NCBI GenBank assembly: GCA_963674785.1
Contig: OY771555.1
Span: 1,184,001-1,248,000, forward strand
Length of the DNA stretch: 64,000 bases
Reading direction: 5' to 3'
Origin: Caldisericia bacterium
GTDB taxonomy: Bacteria > Caldisericota > Caldisericia > JAAYUI01
Under the pieces are notes generated by a model. It saw only the letters and a program-made list of their open reading frames with translations, searched no databases and was not told the DNA's origin. The position numbers and the translations under genes were made by a program. Below are positions 1 through 8,381 of the stretch, piece after piece. Each line of letters opens with the position of its first letter. The stretch's first letter is position 1.

Positions 1-1
1 T

Positions 2-601
2 GCGATATATCTTGCCGAGTATGCAAAACCATCCAGGTTTACAAGATTGATAAGGCTTGCGATTATTACACTTGCTGGTGTACCATCAATTGTTTTTGGT
101 TTGTTTGGACTTGGTCTTTTTGTACTTGTTTTTGGTTTTGGAACCTCTGTTATTGCGGGATCTCTGACGCTTGCATGTCTGATTATGCCGACAATTATTG
201 TTGCATCAGAAGAGGCAATTAAGGCTGTTCCACAGTCATTCAGACAGGGATCACTTGCACTTGGTGCAACAAAGTGGCAGATGATAAAATCTCAGGTACT
301 TCCATATTCAATACCAGGTATGATGACTGGTTCAATTCTTGGAATTGGAAGAGCAGCCGGTGAGACCGCACCGATCATGTTTACTGCAGCGGTTTTTTAT
401 TCGAGGTCGATTCCTACGATTACAAAACCTGTAATGGCTTTGCCTTTCCATCTTTTTACACTCTCTACGCAGGTTCCAGATTTTGAAAAAGTTAGACCAA
501 TGCAGTATGGTACAGCATTAGTTTTGGTTTTTCTTGTGTTAATTTTTGCATCGATCGCAATTCTTGTCAGGTCTTATTACAGGAGTAGGTATAAATGGTA
601 A
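2..601 (+). CDS. pstA: Phosphate ABC transporter permease PstA (5' truncated by window edge)
   Basis: Frame is open from base 2 (AIYLAEYA...). Motifs [16 protein letters not shown]-loop-like SEEAIKAVP...LGATKW, and RAAGETAP. Followed by pstB and phoU. Confidence 0.95.
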   Translation, partial: AIYLAEYAKPSRFTRLIRLAIITLAGVPSIVFGLFGLGLFVLVFGFGTSVIAGSLTLACLIMPTIIVASEEAIKAVPQSFRQGSLALGATKWQMIKSQVLPYSIPGMMTGSILGIGRAAGETAPIMFTAAVFYSRSIPTITKPVMALPFHLFTLSTQVPDFEKVRPMQYGTALVLVFLVLIFASIAILVRSYYRSRYKW

Positions 602-1359
602 ACGAAGAAGCTATTGTCAATATCGAAAAGCTGAATTTCTTTTATGGGAATCACCAGGCACTTATTGACATCAATATGAAAATCCCAAAAAGAAAAGTGA
701 CCGCTCTGATTGGTCCTTCTGGTTGTGGAAAGTCAACATTTCTTAGAACTCTCAATAGAATGAATGATATTATTGATGATACAAGAGTCGAAGGTCTTGT
801 AAAAATTGAAGGTAAAGACATCTACGAGAGACATACTGATGTCGTAGCAATCAGAAAAAAAGTAGGAATGGTCTTTCAAAAACCAAATCCTTTCCCAAAA
901 TCTGTCTTTGATAACATTGCATATGGCCCGAGAATTCATGGCGTAAAAAGTCGCCAGAAGCTGACTGAGATTGTCGAGAAAAGTTTGAAGATGGCAGCTC
1001 TTTGGGACGAGGTCAAATATAATCTCAACAAACGCGGAACCGACCTTTCAGGTGGACAGCAGCAGAGACTTTGTATTGCACGAACGCTTGCTATTGACCC
1101 AGAGATTGTTCTTATGGATGAGCCAACATCTGCACTTGACCCACAGGCGACATCAAAAATTGAGGCACTTATCACTCAATTATCAACCAAGTATACGATT
1201 GTAATAGTTACTCATAATATGCAACAGGCTGCAAGAATATCCGACTACACTGCATTTTTCTACAAAGGTAAGCTAATCGAGTTTGATAAAACAAAACAGA
1301 TATTTACAGTGCCAAAAGAAAAAAAGACCGAGGAATACCTAACTGGAAAATTCAGTTAA
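595..1359 (+). CDS. pstB: Phosphate ABC transporter ATPase PstB
   Basis: Walker [55 protein letters not shown]. Confidence 0.97.
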   Translation: MVNEEAIVNIEKLNFFYGNHQALIDINMKIPKRKVTALIGPSGCGKSTFLRTLNRMNDIIDDTRVEGLVKIEGKDIYERHTDVVAIRKKVGMVFQKPNPFPKSVFDNIAYGPRIHGVKSRQKLTEIVEKSLKMAALWDEVKYNLNKRGTDLSGGQQQRLCIARTLAIDPEIVLMDEPTSALDPQATSKIEALITQLSTKYTIVIVTHNMQQAARISDYTAFFYKGKLIEFDKTKQIFTVPKEKKTEEYLTGKFS

Positions 1360-1372
1360 GGGAGGGGTAATT

Positions 1373-2023
1373 ATGACAATGCACATAAGAAAAGCAATGG
1401 ATGATCTCCAAAAAATGTTTTTGGAGCTTGCAACAATCGTTGAAGAAAGCGTTCCAAGAGCTATAAAAGCTATTCAGAAACGTGATAAAGTCTTAGCTGA
1501 TATTATCAGGAAAGAAGACAATAAGATTGATAAACTTGAAGTTGAACTTGAGGAAGAATGCTTGAAGATAATGGCACTTTACCAGCCTGTAGCTGTTGAT
1601 TTGAGGGTTCTTGTTGCAGTTTTGAAGATTAACAACGATATGGAAAGAATTGCTGACCTTGCATCAAATATTGCCAAGGCAGGCTCAGCAATCTCACCCG
1701 AATTTAAGATTCCATTTGATTATGTTTCAATGAGCTCCAAAGTGGAAGATATGTTAAGACTATCTTTAAATGCCATTGTTGAACTAGATCCTTTCCAGGC
1801 AAGAAAGGTTTGTTCACTTGATGATGAGGTTGATACTTTGAAAGATAATGTTTTAAGCTTGATTTCTGAAGAACTGTCGAAAACTAATTCGAATATCAAC
1901 GATCTGCTCTTCTCGCTAAATATCGCAAGACACCTTGAGCGAATCGCTGATCTTGCGACAAATATTGCTGAAGAGGTTGTCTACATTGCTGAAGGAAAGA
2001 TCATCAGACACGGATTAGAATAA
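1373..2023 (+). CDS. phoU: Phosphate signalling complex protein PhoU
   Basis: Two PhoU repeats (QPVAVDLR...ERIADLA; DDEVD...LERIADLATNIAE). SD GGAGG. End of the pst operon. Confidence 0.95.
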   Translation: MTMHIRKAMDDLQKMFLELATIVEESVPRAIKAIQKRDKVLADIIRKEDNKIDKLEVELEEECLKIMALYQPVAVDLRVLVAVLKINNDMERIADLASNIAKAGSAISPEFKIPFDYVSMSSKVEDMLRLSLNAIVELDPFQARKVCSLDDEVDTLKDNVLSLISEELSKTNSNINDLLFSLNIARHLERIADLATNIAEEVVYIAEGKIIRHGLE

Positions 2024-2089
2024 TATCATAGCGTACAATCTTATTTATTTTGTTTGTTTAATTTTTTAATATTATGAATTTTATTTACA

Positions 2090-2140
2090 AATAATGCTTG
2101 GTTGTCTTTACTACACCCGTCAAGATGATCAAGCATTATT
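2090..2140 (+). other. Long imperfect hairpin (22-bp stem, 7-nt loop) in the phoU 3' intergenic region
   Basis: AATAATGCTTG-GTTGTCTTTAC-[TACACCC]-GTCAAGATGAT-CAAGCATTATT. Outer 11 bp are perfect; the inner 11 bp have 3 G-U pairs and 1 mismatch on the + strand. No U-tract. Confidence 0.6.
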
Positions 2141-2210
2141 GCTCATATATAGCCAAGAGAATCCATATTTAATCAAATATCAATCTGTTAGTTAATATTT
2201 GAAAACTGAT

Positions 2211-2238
2211 TTGACAATTTAGGAATATTTACTAAAAT
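2211..2238 (+). promoter_or_regulatory. sigma70-type promoter, probably for a leaderless transcript
   Basis: TTGACA (2211-2216), 16 nt, TAAAAT (2233-2238). ATG follows 6 nt later with no SD. Confidence 0.7.
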
Positions 2239-2244
2239 AATCTT

Positions 2245-2775
2245 ATGGGTGTAGAAATTGGAAAGTTGTCTGATATTGGCTTGAGCGTCTTGTTAGATAA
2301 GCTTTCTCGTACAGGCAAGACAGGGTTTTTAAAACTCTATAAGGACGATGAATGCGCCTCTATAGAGGTCTATAAGGGTTGTGTTGTCGATTGTCTTTTT
2401 TACAATAGTGTTGGACCAAACGCTTTGATCGCAGCGATTGTTTATCAGTTTGATATGTATTCTTTCATTTGCGATGATCGGATTTCTCTAAAACCGCCCA
2501 TTGCCAGAAATATTGAATCTCTTTTTATTAAGGCATATCTATTAATCGATGAAATCTCACATCTTAAGAAGTATAATGGTCTGGTTATTGCAAAATCAAA
2601 TGGATACATCCCTCTTAATAATTTTGAGAAAAAAGTTTGTAACTTTATTGAAAAACCTGTTCCTTTTGATGAGGCAGTCGATACTTTTATTTTGGATATT
2701 TATATGTTTGTTGAATTTATAAAAAAACTGAATGCCTCTAAAGATGTTTTGTGGTTGAACAAAAAAAGTCATTGA
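2245..2775 (+). CDS. DUF4388/PATAN-like domain protein with degenerate C-terminal winged helix
   Basis: N-terminal G-x-L-x-x-x-x-L-x-x-LL...KTG-x-L-x-L pattern (GKLSDIGLSVLLDKLSRTGKTGFLKL), G-x-x-A-L, and IESLFIKAYLLIDE. wHTH-like tail. Roadblock gene two ORFs downstream. Confidence 0.7.
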   Translation: MGVEIGKLSDIGLSVLLDKLSRTGKTGFLKLYKDDECASIEVYKGCVVDCLFYNSVGPNALIAAIVYQFDMYSFICDDRISLKPPIARNIESLFIKAYLLIDEISHLKKYNGLVIAKSNGYIPLNNFEKKVCNFIEKPVPFDEAVDTFILDIYMFVEFIKKLNASKDVLWLNKKSH

Positions 2776-2838
2776 ATTGACATGCAAATGTACTAAAAAA
2801 ACAGAATTAGACTATGAAGGACTGAAAGGAGACACTTT

Positions 2839-3288
2839 ATGGTTGATAAAATCGATAAGAGAGCCGTGAATGCTATTTTGTATGGAGTAAGTGCTTCTGT
2901 CCGAAAATTATTTGGTGCCGGAGCCGATGCTGTTATGAGGATTGCAGGTCCAATGGTACTGGAGGAATTCGAAAAACAGGGAATCAAATTCGAAGGTAAA
3001 ACATCTTCAGAAATCTCAGATGAGTTAAAAAAAGCGATGCTTGAAAGTGGCATGTGTGATGAGATCAGTATTGAGGAAACAGACACACATTATAACGTTA
3101 ATATAAAAGGATGCTCCTTCTGGGAAACAACCATGTCCCTAAGAGAATTAGGAATCAGTCCTTTCGCATGCCCATTTGCAAATCTCGCAATGACATTGCT
3201 CGAAAAAAACACCGGTCAGGTGACAACGATTGAAAAGATCGAACCTGCTGGTGATGCTGCCTCACTTGTTTCTTTGAAGAAAGTATAA
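2839..3288 (+). CDS. V4R/MetOD1-like (H-NOX-related fold) small ligand-binding protein
   Basis: Helical N-terminus (LFGAGADAVMRIAG), then beta strands with GCSF and ACPF cysteine motifs typical of V4R-like domains. SD AAGGAG. Confidence 0.6.
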   Translation: MVDKIDKRAVNAILYGVSASVRKLFGAGADAVMRIAGPMVLEEFEKQGIKFEGKTSSEISDELKKAMLESGMCDEISIEETDTHYNVNIKGCSFWETTMSLRELGISPFACPFANLAMTLLEKNTGQVTTIEKIEPAGDAASLVSLKKV

Positions 3289-3302
3289 AGGAGTGCATAA
3301 AG

Positions 3303-3653
3303 ATGATAGGTGATTTTTTAAAGAAAGTTGTCAATGTTGAGGGTATCCAAGGTTGCCTTGTCGTTTCAAGAGATGGATTGATCCTTGATAATGTAGGTCA
3401 GATCGATGCAAGTTTAACTTCAATGGCTGCAATCTCTGCAACTGCACTTGGTTCTGCAGAGGTGATGGGTGAGACAATGAAGTTTGGAACCCTGCAGCAG
3501 CAGGTTCTAGAGTTTGATGATGGGAAAGCCGTTGTTCAACAGATAAGCTCAGATCTTCTTCTGCTTGTTGTTGCAACTCACAAAGCCAACCTAGGGATGA
3601 TCAGACACACAATCAATAACACTATTGACGATCTGAGAAAATCTTTGACTTAA
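3303..3653 (+). CDS. Roadblock/LC7 (MglB-like) domain protein
   Basis: GIQGCLVVSRDGLIL, MAAISA, G-x-L-x-x-x-x-LEFDDG, ANLGMIR. 116 aa. SD AAGGAG. Confidence 0.9.
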   Translation: MIGDFLKKVVNVEGIQGCLVVSRDGLILDNVGQIDASLTSMAAISATALGSAEVMGETMKFGTLQQQVLEFDDGKAVVQQISSDLLLLVVATHKANLGMIRHTINNTIDDLRKSLT

Positions 3654-3654
3654 T

Positions 3655-3686
3655 AAAAAATAGGCATCCTTTTTTGAGGATGCCTA
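3655..3686 (-). terminator. Rho-independent terminator between convergent units
   Basis: TAGGCATCCT/AGGATGCCTA 10-bp stem. A6 on the + strand gives a U6 tail on the - strand. Confidence 0.8.
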
Positions 3687-3800
3687 TGGTCGGTTCCTAG
3701 TTTTACCTATTAAAATACCAACTGAAACGATTGCCGAGATTATGAATATCCCGGCAATCGCAAGTCTGATGATGTCAATCCAGCTTAAGTGGGAAATCAT
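3684..3800 (-). CDS. Unlisted 38-aa single-pass membrane peptide MISHLSWIDIIRLAIAGIFIISAIVSVGILIGKTRNRP
   Basis: ATG lies 1 nt after the TAA of the 915-aa gene. About 19-aa hydrophobic core followed by a basic tail. TAG falls in the terminator stem. Below the ORF-track size cutoff. Confidence 0.65.
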   Translation of the reverse strand: MISHLSWIDIIRLAIAGIFIISAIVSVGILIGKTRNRP

Positions 3801-3801
3801 T

Positions 3802-6549
3802 TTATCTTACTGTAAATGTTACCTGTGGAATCGAATAATTAAGGTTACCTCTTACATCTCTTGCCCAGAGTCTAAAGGTATGTTTTCCTTCAGGAAGGTC
3901 TTCAAGAACAGTTTTTGTTCCAGTTTTGAAAGATGTTCTGGGTTGCCCATCAATTGACCAGCTGTACTCAATATCCTTGTAGAAGGCAGAATCATCTCTT
4001 CCTTCCCATTCAATTTCAATTTCTTCACCATAGAAATAGCTTGATTTAAGTTCTGAAACTGTTACAACAGGTGCTTCAAGTTCTCCTCTGAAATCGTTGA
4101 TAATATGTCTTTGCATTACAATCTTGTCATCTGTGGAGTCAATGATTAAATGGTCATCTGCAAACTCTTCACCTCTGAGTAGATCGATTTCAATTTCGAA
4201 CTCACCCTCAGGAACATATATTCTTGTCGCAGGTTCATTAAAGACGATTGGATTCTTGATGTTGTAGGTAATATAGAATTCAGTGTTTGACTCTCCTTTG
4301 AATACAACCTTGTTTCCAGTTGTTTCAATTTTATTTGTAGTGAAGTCAAAAAGATCAACGATGAGTGGTTCAGGTGCAGTCCAGTATTCTTTACCTTTTT
4401 TGTGGACATAACCTCTCATTACGCCACCGGTCTCGGGTGACTGATAGTAGAAATCTTCAATCAATTCTATTGATTTAAATTTCCCGTCAGAATAGAAAAA
4501 CTCATCTTGAATGATTCCTCTCCATGGATTCATTGGATTTGGGAAGCAAACTGTACCCTCAGGAAGATCTGCCCCAGGGAACATTGGCCCCGTTGTTCGT
4601 GTCCAGTTTGTAGACCAGAATGGTACTCCTGGCATAATTCTGTCATATGCAAGAAGAGCGTTGCATCCAGTGCAGCCAACCATAATAAGATTCATGTCTA
4701 CGAGTTCACCTTGGTCAATGTCGGAATCAAGCACAATTGGCACCTCGACATTGAATTTGTCTTTGATCATCTCCTGGATAAATACTGCTCTTCCGTGAGC
4801 CTTTTTTGATCTATCCTCATTACCCTGCCAGGTTCCCTCAACAATTGTGAAATCATCAAGGTAATAGAAGTTTTTAAGTGATCCCTCAAGAAGGGTGTTG
4901 ACCTTCGAAAACTCTGTAAGCATGTAGCCTTCTGGGTTATGTATTCTTGCACCGATTGGTTCGATTTCTGATTCAAATATTTTTTCAAGCTCGAGATCAT
5001 TTGCCGCCCATTCGATCTTTTGGATGCTCTTATCAGCCATTATTACATCGATTGTAAATGGCATTCTCATTGCGCCTGTTGCCTCGAGTCTGATTTTGTA
5101 TCTGTAAGGGTCTTGACCGGGAAGTTTTGTGAAGTCAATTTCATACGTGAGTCTTCCAGCTTGTAGAAGCCACTGCTCGAAGAACCATGAAAGGTTTTTT
5201 CCAGCAGCCTTGCTCATCTCTGCTTCAAAGTCTTCAATTGTTGCAAATTTTCCAGAGAACCTGGAGGCATAGTTTTTGAGTCCTTTGAAAAACGCTGCAT
5301 CTCCAATCACCTGTCTGAGCATATGATGAACGATGAGACCTTTTCCTCTGAAGTAGACATCAAGAAGAGTCTTTTCGGCAACTGAAACGAGTGGAACTTC
5401 ATCCTCAACTTCAATTTCTGTAAAGTATTTGTCCCTTGCATCACCAAGCATCTCGAGAAGCTTCTTTTCACCTTCGAGGTCAACCATATAGAGAAGTCCT
5501 GAGTATGCTGAAAGTGATGTGGAAAGGAACTCTGATTCTGGTCCGATACCGTAAACTGCTCCACCCCACCAAGATGATGCTACTTTTTCTGCGAGATATT
5601 CTGGATCAGTGTACCCAACACTGTCATCGTCGTCATCTTTTTCTTCAAGAGATTCGCTCTCAGTTTTCAAAACTGAACTTGGGATGAACATTTGAGCTCT
5701 GTCTGCTACAAGGGCGACAAATTTATCTGGCATCTGGATTACAGAATATTCGAGTGGTGCGGGTGTGCCGAATTTATCTTCGAAATACTTAAGAGCACCA
5801 AAGATTTCTGTAGTGAATATGTCTCCGATTTCAAAGTAATCTTTTTCTCCATAGAACACAACTTTTGAAACCACATTCGATGGGTCTTCTGTAATCTTTT
5901 TCTGATATGGGCCTGCAACAATATGGTAGAAGAAGGCAGGATCTCTTGTTTCAATTTTAACGGTTTTTATCGATTTGTCTCCGCTGAGTGTCTCAGATGA
6001 AATATCGCTTGAACATACAATCCAGTCTCCTGGAAGCATTAGTTCAGCTTTGACTGTAACAATCTCTGAGAATCCATTTGCGATTGTGTGAAGAGTGACA
6101 GGATACCACCATTGGTAGAGGTAAACCCCATCATCATTTACATAATTCCACTGTCTGCCTGGGTAATCACGACCCTTCAAGTGTGTTGTGTAATGAAAAA
6201 CGAACTTTTCCTTCGAGCCCTTTTTCATTGCGGAGTTGATTGTTATCACATCAACATCTTGCTCATAGCTTTGCACACCCTCGATATTTTTGAGATTCCA
6301 GATGGGATCCATGTAGAAATTTAAAAATTCTATATCTCTTGAAGCTTCTACAGTTACTTCACATTCGATTGTATAAGTTCTTTCGGTGATGTTTGGTTTT
6401 ACAACGATATTGTATTCAGTAATCGAATAATTGGCTTTTACGGGATATGTCAAACCTGTTGTTTTTGGCATGGCTGGAATTAGAGTGAAAACTAATCCAA
6501 CAACAAGCGTGAGTAAAAGAAATGGCTTGAATCTGCTTATTCTTCTCAT
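3802..6549 (-). CDS. Secreted M1-aminopeptidase-fold protein, probably catalytically inactive, with C-terminal Ig-like domain
   Basis: Signal peptide. M1-like landmarks WWYP, YFEDKFG, GKGLIVHHMLRQVIGD, ATIEDF, LSWFFEQWL. The HEXXH position reads AEKVASSWWG. Confidence 0.75.
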   Translation of the reverse strand: MRRISRFKPFLLLTLVVGLVFTLIPAMPKTTGLTYPVKANYSITEYNIVVKPNITERTYTIECEVTVEASRDIEFLNFYMDPIWNLKNIEGVQSYEQDVDVITINSAMKKGSKEKFVFHYTTHLKGRDYPGRQWNYVNDDGVYLYQWWYPVTLHTIANGFSEIVTVKAELMLPGDWIVCSSDISSETLSGDKSIKTVKIETRDPAFFYHIVAGPYQKKITEDPSNVVSKVVFYGEKDYFEIGDIFTTEIFGALKYFEDKFGTPAPLEYSVIQMPDKFVALVADRAQMFIPSSVLKTESESLEEKDDDDDSVGYTDPEYLAEKVASSWWGGAVYGIGPESEFLSTSLSAYSGLLYMVDLEGEKKLLEMLGDARDKYFTEIEVEDEVPLVSVAEKTLLDVYFRGKGLIVHHMLRQVIGDAAFFKGLKNYASRFSGKFATIEDFEAEMSKAAGKNLSWFFEQWLLQAGRLTYEIDFTKLPGQDPYRYKIRLEATGAMRMPFTIDVIMADKSIQKIEWAANDLELEKIFESEIEPIGARIHNPEGYMLTEFSKVNTLLEGSLKNFYYLDDFTIVEGTWQGNEDRSKKAHGRAVFIQEMIKDKFNVEVPIVLDSDIDQGELVDMNLIMVGCTGCNALLAYDRIMPGVPFWSTNWTRTTGPMFPGADLPEGTVCFPNPMNPWRGIIQDEFFYSDGKFKSIELIEDFYYQSPETGGVMRGYVHKKGKEYWTAPEPLIVDLFDFTTNKIETTGNKVVFKGESNTEFYITYNIKNPIVFNEPATRIYVPEGEFEIEIDLLRGEEFADDHLIIDSTDDKIVMQRHIINDFRGELEAPVVTVSELKSSYFYGEEIEIEWEGRDDSAFYKDIEYSWSIDGQPRTSFKTGTKTVLEDLPEGKHTFRLWARDVRGNLNYSIPQVTFTVR

Positions 6550-6683
6550 TTAAGGGATACCTTTCATATGTCAAGTGTACTCAAGAAAATTATAGGCTTT
6601 AGAGGGTGTGAGTCAATATAAATCTAAGTTTTAAAACATCAGCAATATAAGAGCACAGAATGTCAAGAATTACTTTCATTTTT

Positions 6684-6692
6684 TGTTACAAT
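6684..6692 (+). promoter_or_regulatory. Extended -10 promoter, probably leaderless
   Basis: TG-T-TACAAT ending at 6692; ATG at 6700 (7 nt gap); no SD. Confidence 0.6.
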
Positions 6693-6699
6693 AGCTTTC

Positions 6700-7566
6700 A
6701 TGAGAAAAAAATCTAGAATCGTCCGCATAAATGAAGCGATTGATTTTATCGAAGATAATCTAGATAGACCTCTATCATTGAAAACAATCTCTGATATTGC
6801 GGGTTTTTCATTATTTTATTTTCACAGGATTTTCGCATGTTCTACGGGGTATACTCTTGCTGAATATATAAGAAAAAGAAGGTTGGCAGAGGCTTCAATT
6901 GAGATTACGGAAACTGACAAGAAGATAATTGATATTGCTTTTGATTTCCAGTTTGAGAGTCAAGAATCATTTACAAGAGCATTTAAAAAAGAATTTAACG
7001 TCACACCCGCATATTACAGAAAGTGGCGACCACATATTCCGCAACTTGTGCCGGCAAGGTTGAATATAAAAACATCCTATGAAGGAGGAGAATTGATGGA
7101 ACCTGTGATAAGAGAGATAGGTGAACTTAAACTGGTTGGTATAAAACATTTTGGAGTTGACAAAGATATTCCTGAGGTTTGGGAGAAAATGGGACCATAT
7201 TATGGCAACATAAAGTATCAAGCTAAACCCGAAGTAGGAATTGAATATAGTTATGGCGATCCTGCAAAAAATGATGGGAAGTATTGGATTATGGCAGCAT
7301 CTCTTGTTGAAAAGATTGAAGATGTTCCAGATGGGCTTGAGTCAGCAGTAATTCCTGCTCAAAAATATGCTGTTTTTACACACAAAGGTGTGATTGGGAC
7401 AATTGGGAAAACATTTGTTTATATCTACAAGGAGTGGCTTCCAAATTCAAAACTGGAACTTGCATCTGATTTCAATCTTCAGTGGTACGATGAGCGTTTC
7501 ACTGTAAAAGGTGAGATGGGTCAGAGCGAAGACTGTGAAGTGGATATTTTAATCCCAATCAAGTAG
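6700..7566 (+). CDS. AraC-family regulator with C-terminal GyrI-like effector domain
   Basis: AIDFIEDNL, FHRIF, EYIRKRRL, FESQESFTRAFKK; C-terminal YAVFTHKG, IYKEWLP, DILIPIK. Confidence 0.93.
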   Translation: MRKKSRIVRINEAIDFIEDNLDRPLSLKTISDIAGFSLFYFHRIFACSTGYTLAEYIRKRRLAEASIEITETDKKIIDIAFDFQFESQESFTRAFKKEFNVTPAYYRKWRPHIPQLVPARLNIKTSYEGGELMEPVIREIGELKLVGIKHFGVDKDIPEVWEKMGPYYGNIKYQAKPEVGIEYSYGDPAKNDGKYWIMAASLVEKIEDVPDGLESAVIPAQKYAVFTHKGVIGTIGKTFVYIYKEWLPNSKLELASDFNLQWYDERFTVKGEMGQSEDCEVDILIPIK

Positions 7567-7581
7567 AATGTAGAAAAACTC

Positions 7582-7611
7582 TGGGAGCGATAAAAGTCGC
7601 TCCCATCTTTT
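7582..7611 (+). terminator. Rho-independent terminator-like hairpin
   Basis: TGGGAGCGA-taaaag-TCGCTCCCA followed by TCTTTT. Confidence 0.65.
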
Positions 7612-7622
7612 GGGTGGTGTGA

Positions 7623-8381
7623 ATGGCTGAATATGAATACATAAATGTGACATTGGAAAATATTGAAACAGAACACATCTGTTGTGCCTTTGCGAGCTCT
7701 AAAAACCATCAGGGAATGCTTGATAAAAAATCTTGGATGAAGGATAGATTGAGAGAAGGAATGGTTTTCAGGAAGCTTAATGAAAAGGCAAAAGTTTTTA
7801 TTGAGTATATCCCCGCCGAATTTGCCTGGAAACCCGTTATTGCTCCTGGATATCTCTTTATCCACTGTCTTTGGGTTTCTGGTAGATACAAAGGGCATGG
7901 TCACTCAAAAGATTTGATGAAATATTGTCTCGAGGATTCGAAAAGTTATCATGGTGTTTGTGTCACCTCTGGAGAAAAAGCGTTTTTAACCAGTAGCAAA
8001 TTCTACAAGCATTTTGGGTTTGAGGTTGCAGATACTGCACCACCTCATTTTGATTTGATGTATATCAGACACAATCCAGATGCACCACTTCCGAAATTTC
8101 CAGAAAATACTAAAAAAGCAAGAATCAATAAAAAAGGTCTGGTAATACAATATACTGACCAGTGTCCGTTTGGAAGGCATTATGTCATGGAGATGAAAGA
8201 AACTGCACAGCAAGAATTTGGGCTTGATGTTTATCTCGAAAGAATCGAGACCGGAGAGCAGGCAAGAAACTCCTCATCTGCGTATGGTACTTTTGGGATG
8301 TTCCTTGATGGAGAGTTTCTCACCTACCAACCACTCAGCTCAAAAGGTTTTATAAAGCTGATGAATAAGGTTTTGCATTAA
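7623..8381 (+). CDS. YoaP-domain GNAT-family N-acetyltransferase
   Basis: EHICCA, KVFIEYIPAEFAW, CLWVSGRYKGHG, QCPF, FLDGEFLT. Confidence 0.85.
   Translation: MAEYEYINVTLENIETEHICCAFASSKNHQGMLDKKSWMKDRLREGMVFRKLNEKAKVFIEYIPAEFAWKPVIAPGYLFIHCLWVSGRYKGHGHSKDLMKYCLEDSKSYHGVCVTSGEKAFLTSSKFYKHFGFEVADTAPPHFDLMYIRHNPDAPLPKFPENTKKARINKKGLVIQYTDQCPFGRHYVMEMKETAQQEFGLDVYLERIETGEQARNSSSAYGTFGMFLDGEFLTYQPLSSKGFIKLMNKVLH

Noticed and set aside
3742-3957. 71-aa + strand ORF
   Set aside because: Antisense to the 915-aa gene and the 38-aa peptide; no RBS or recognisable motif.
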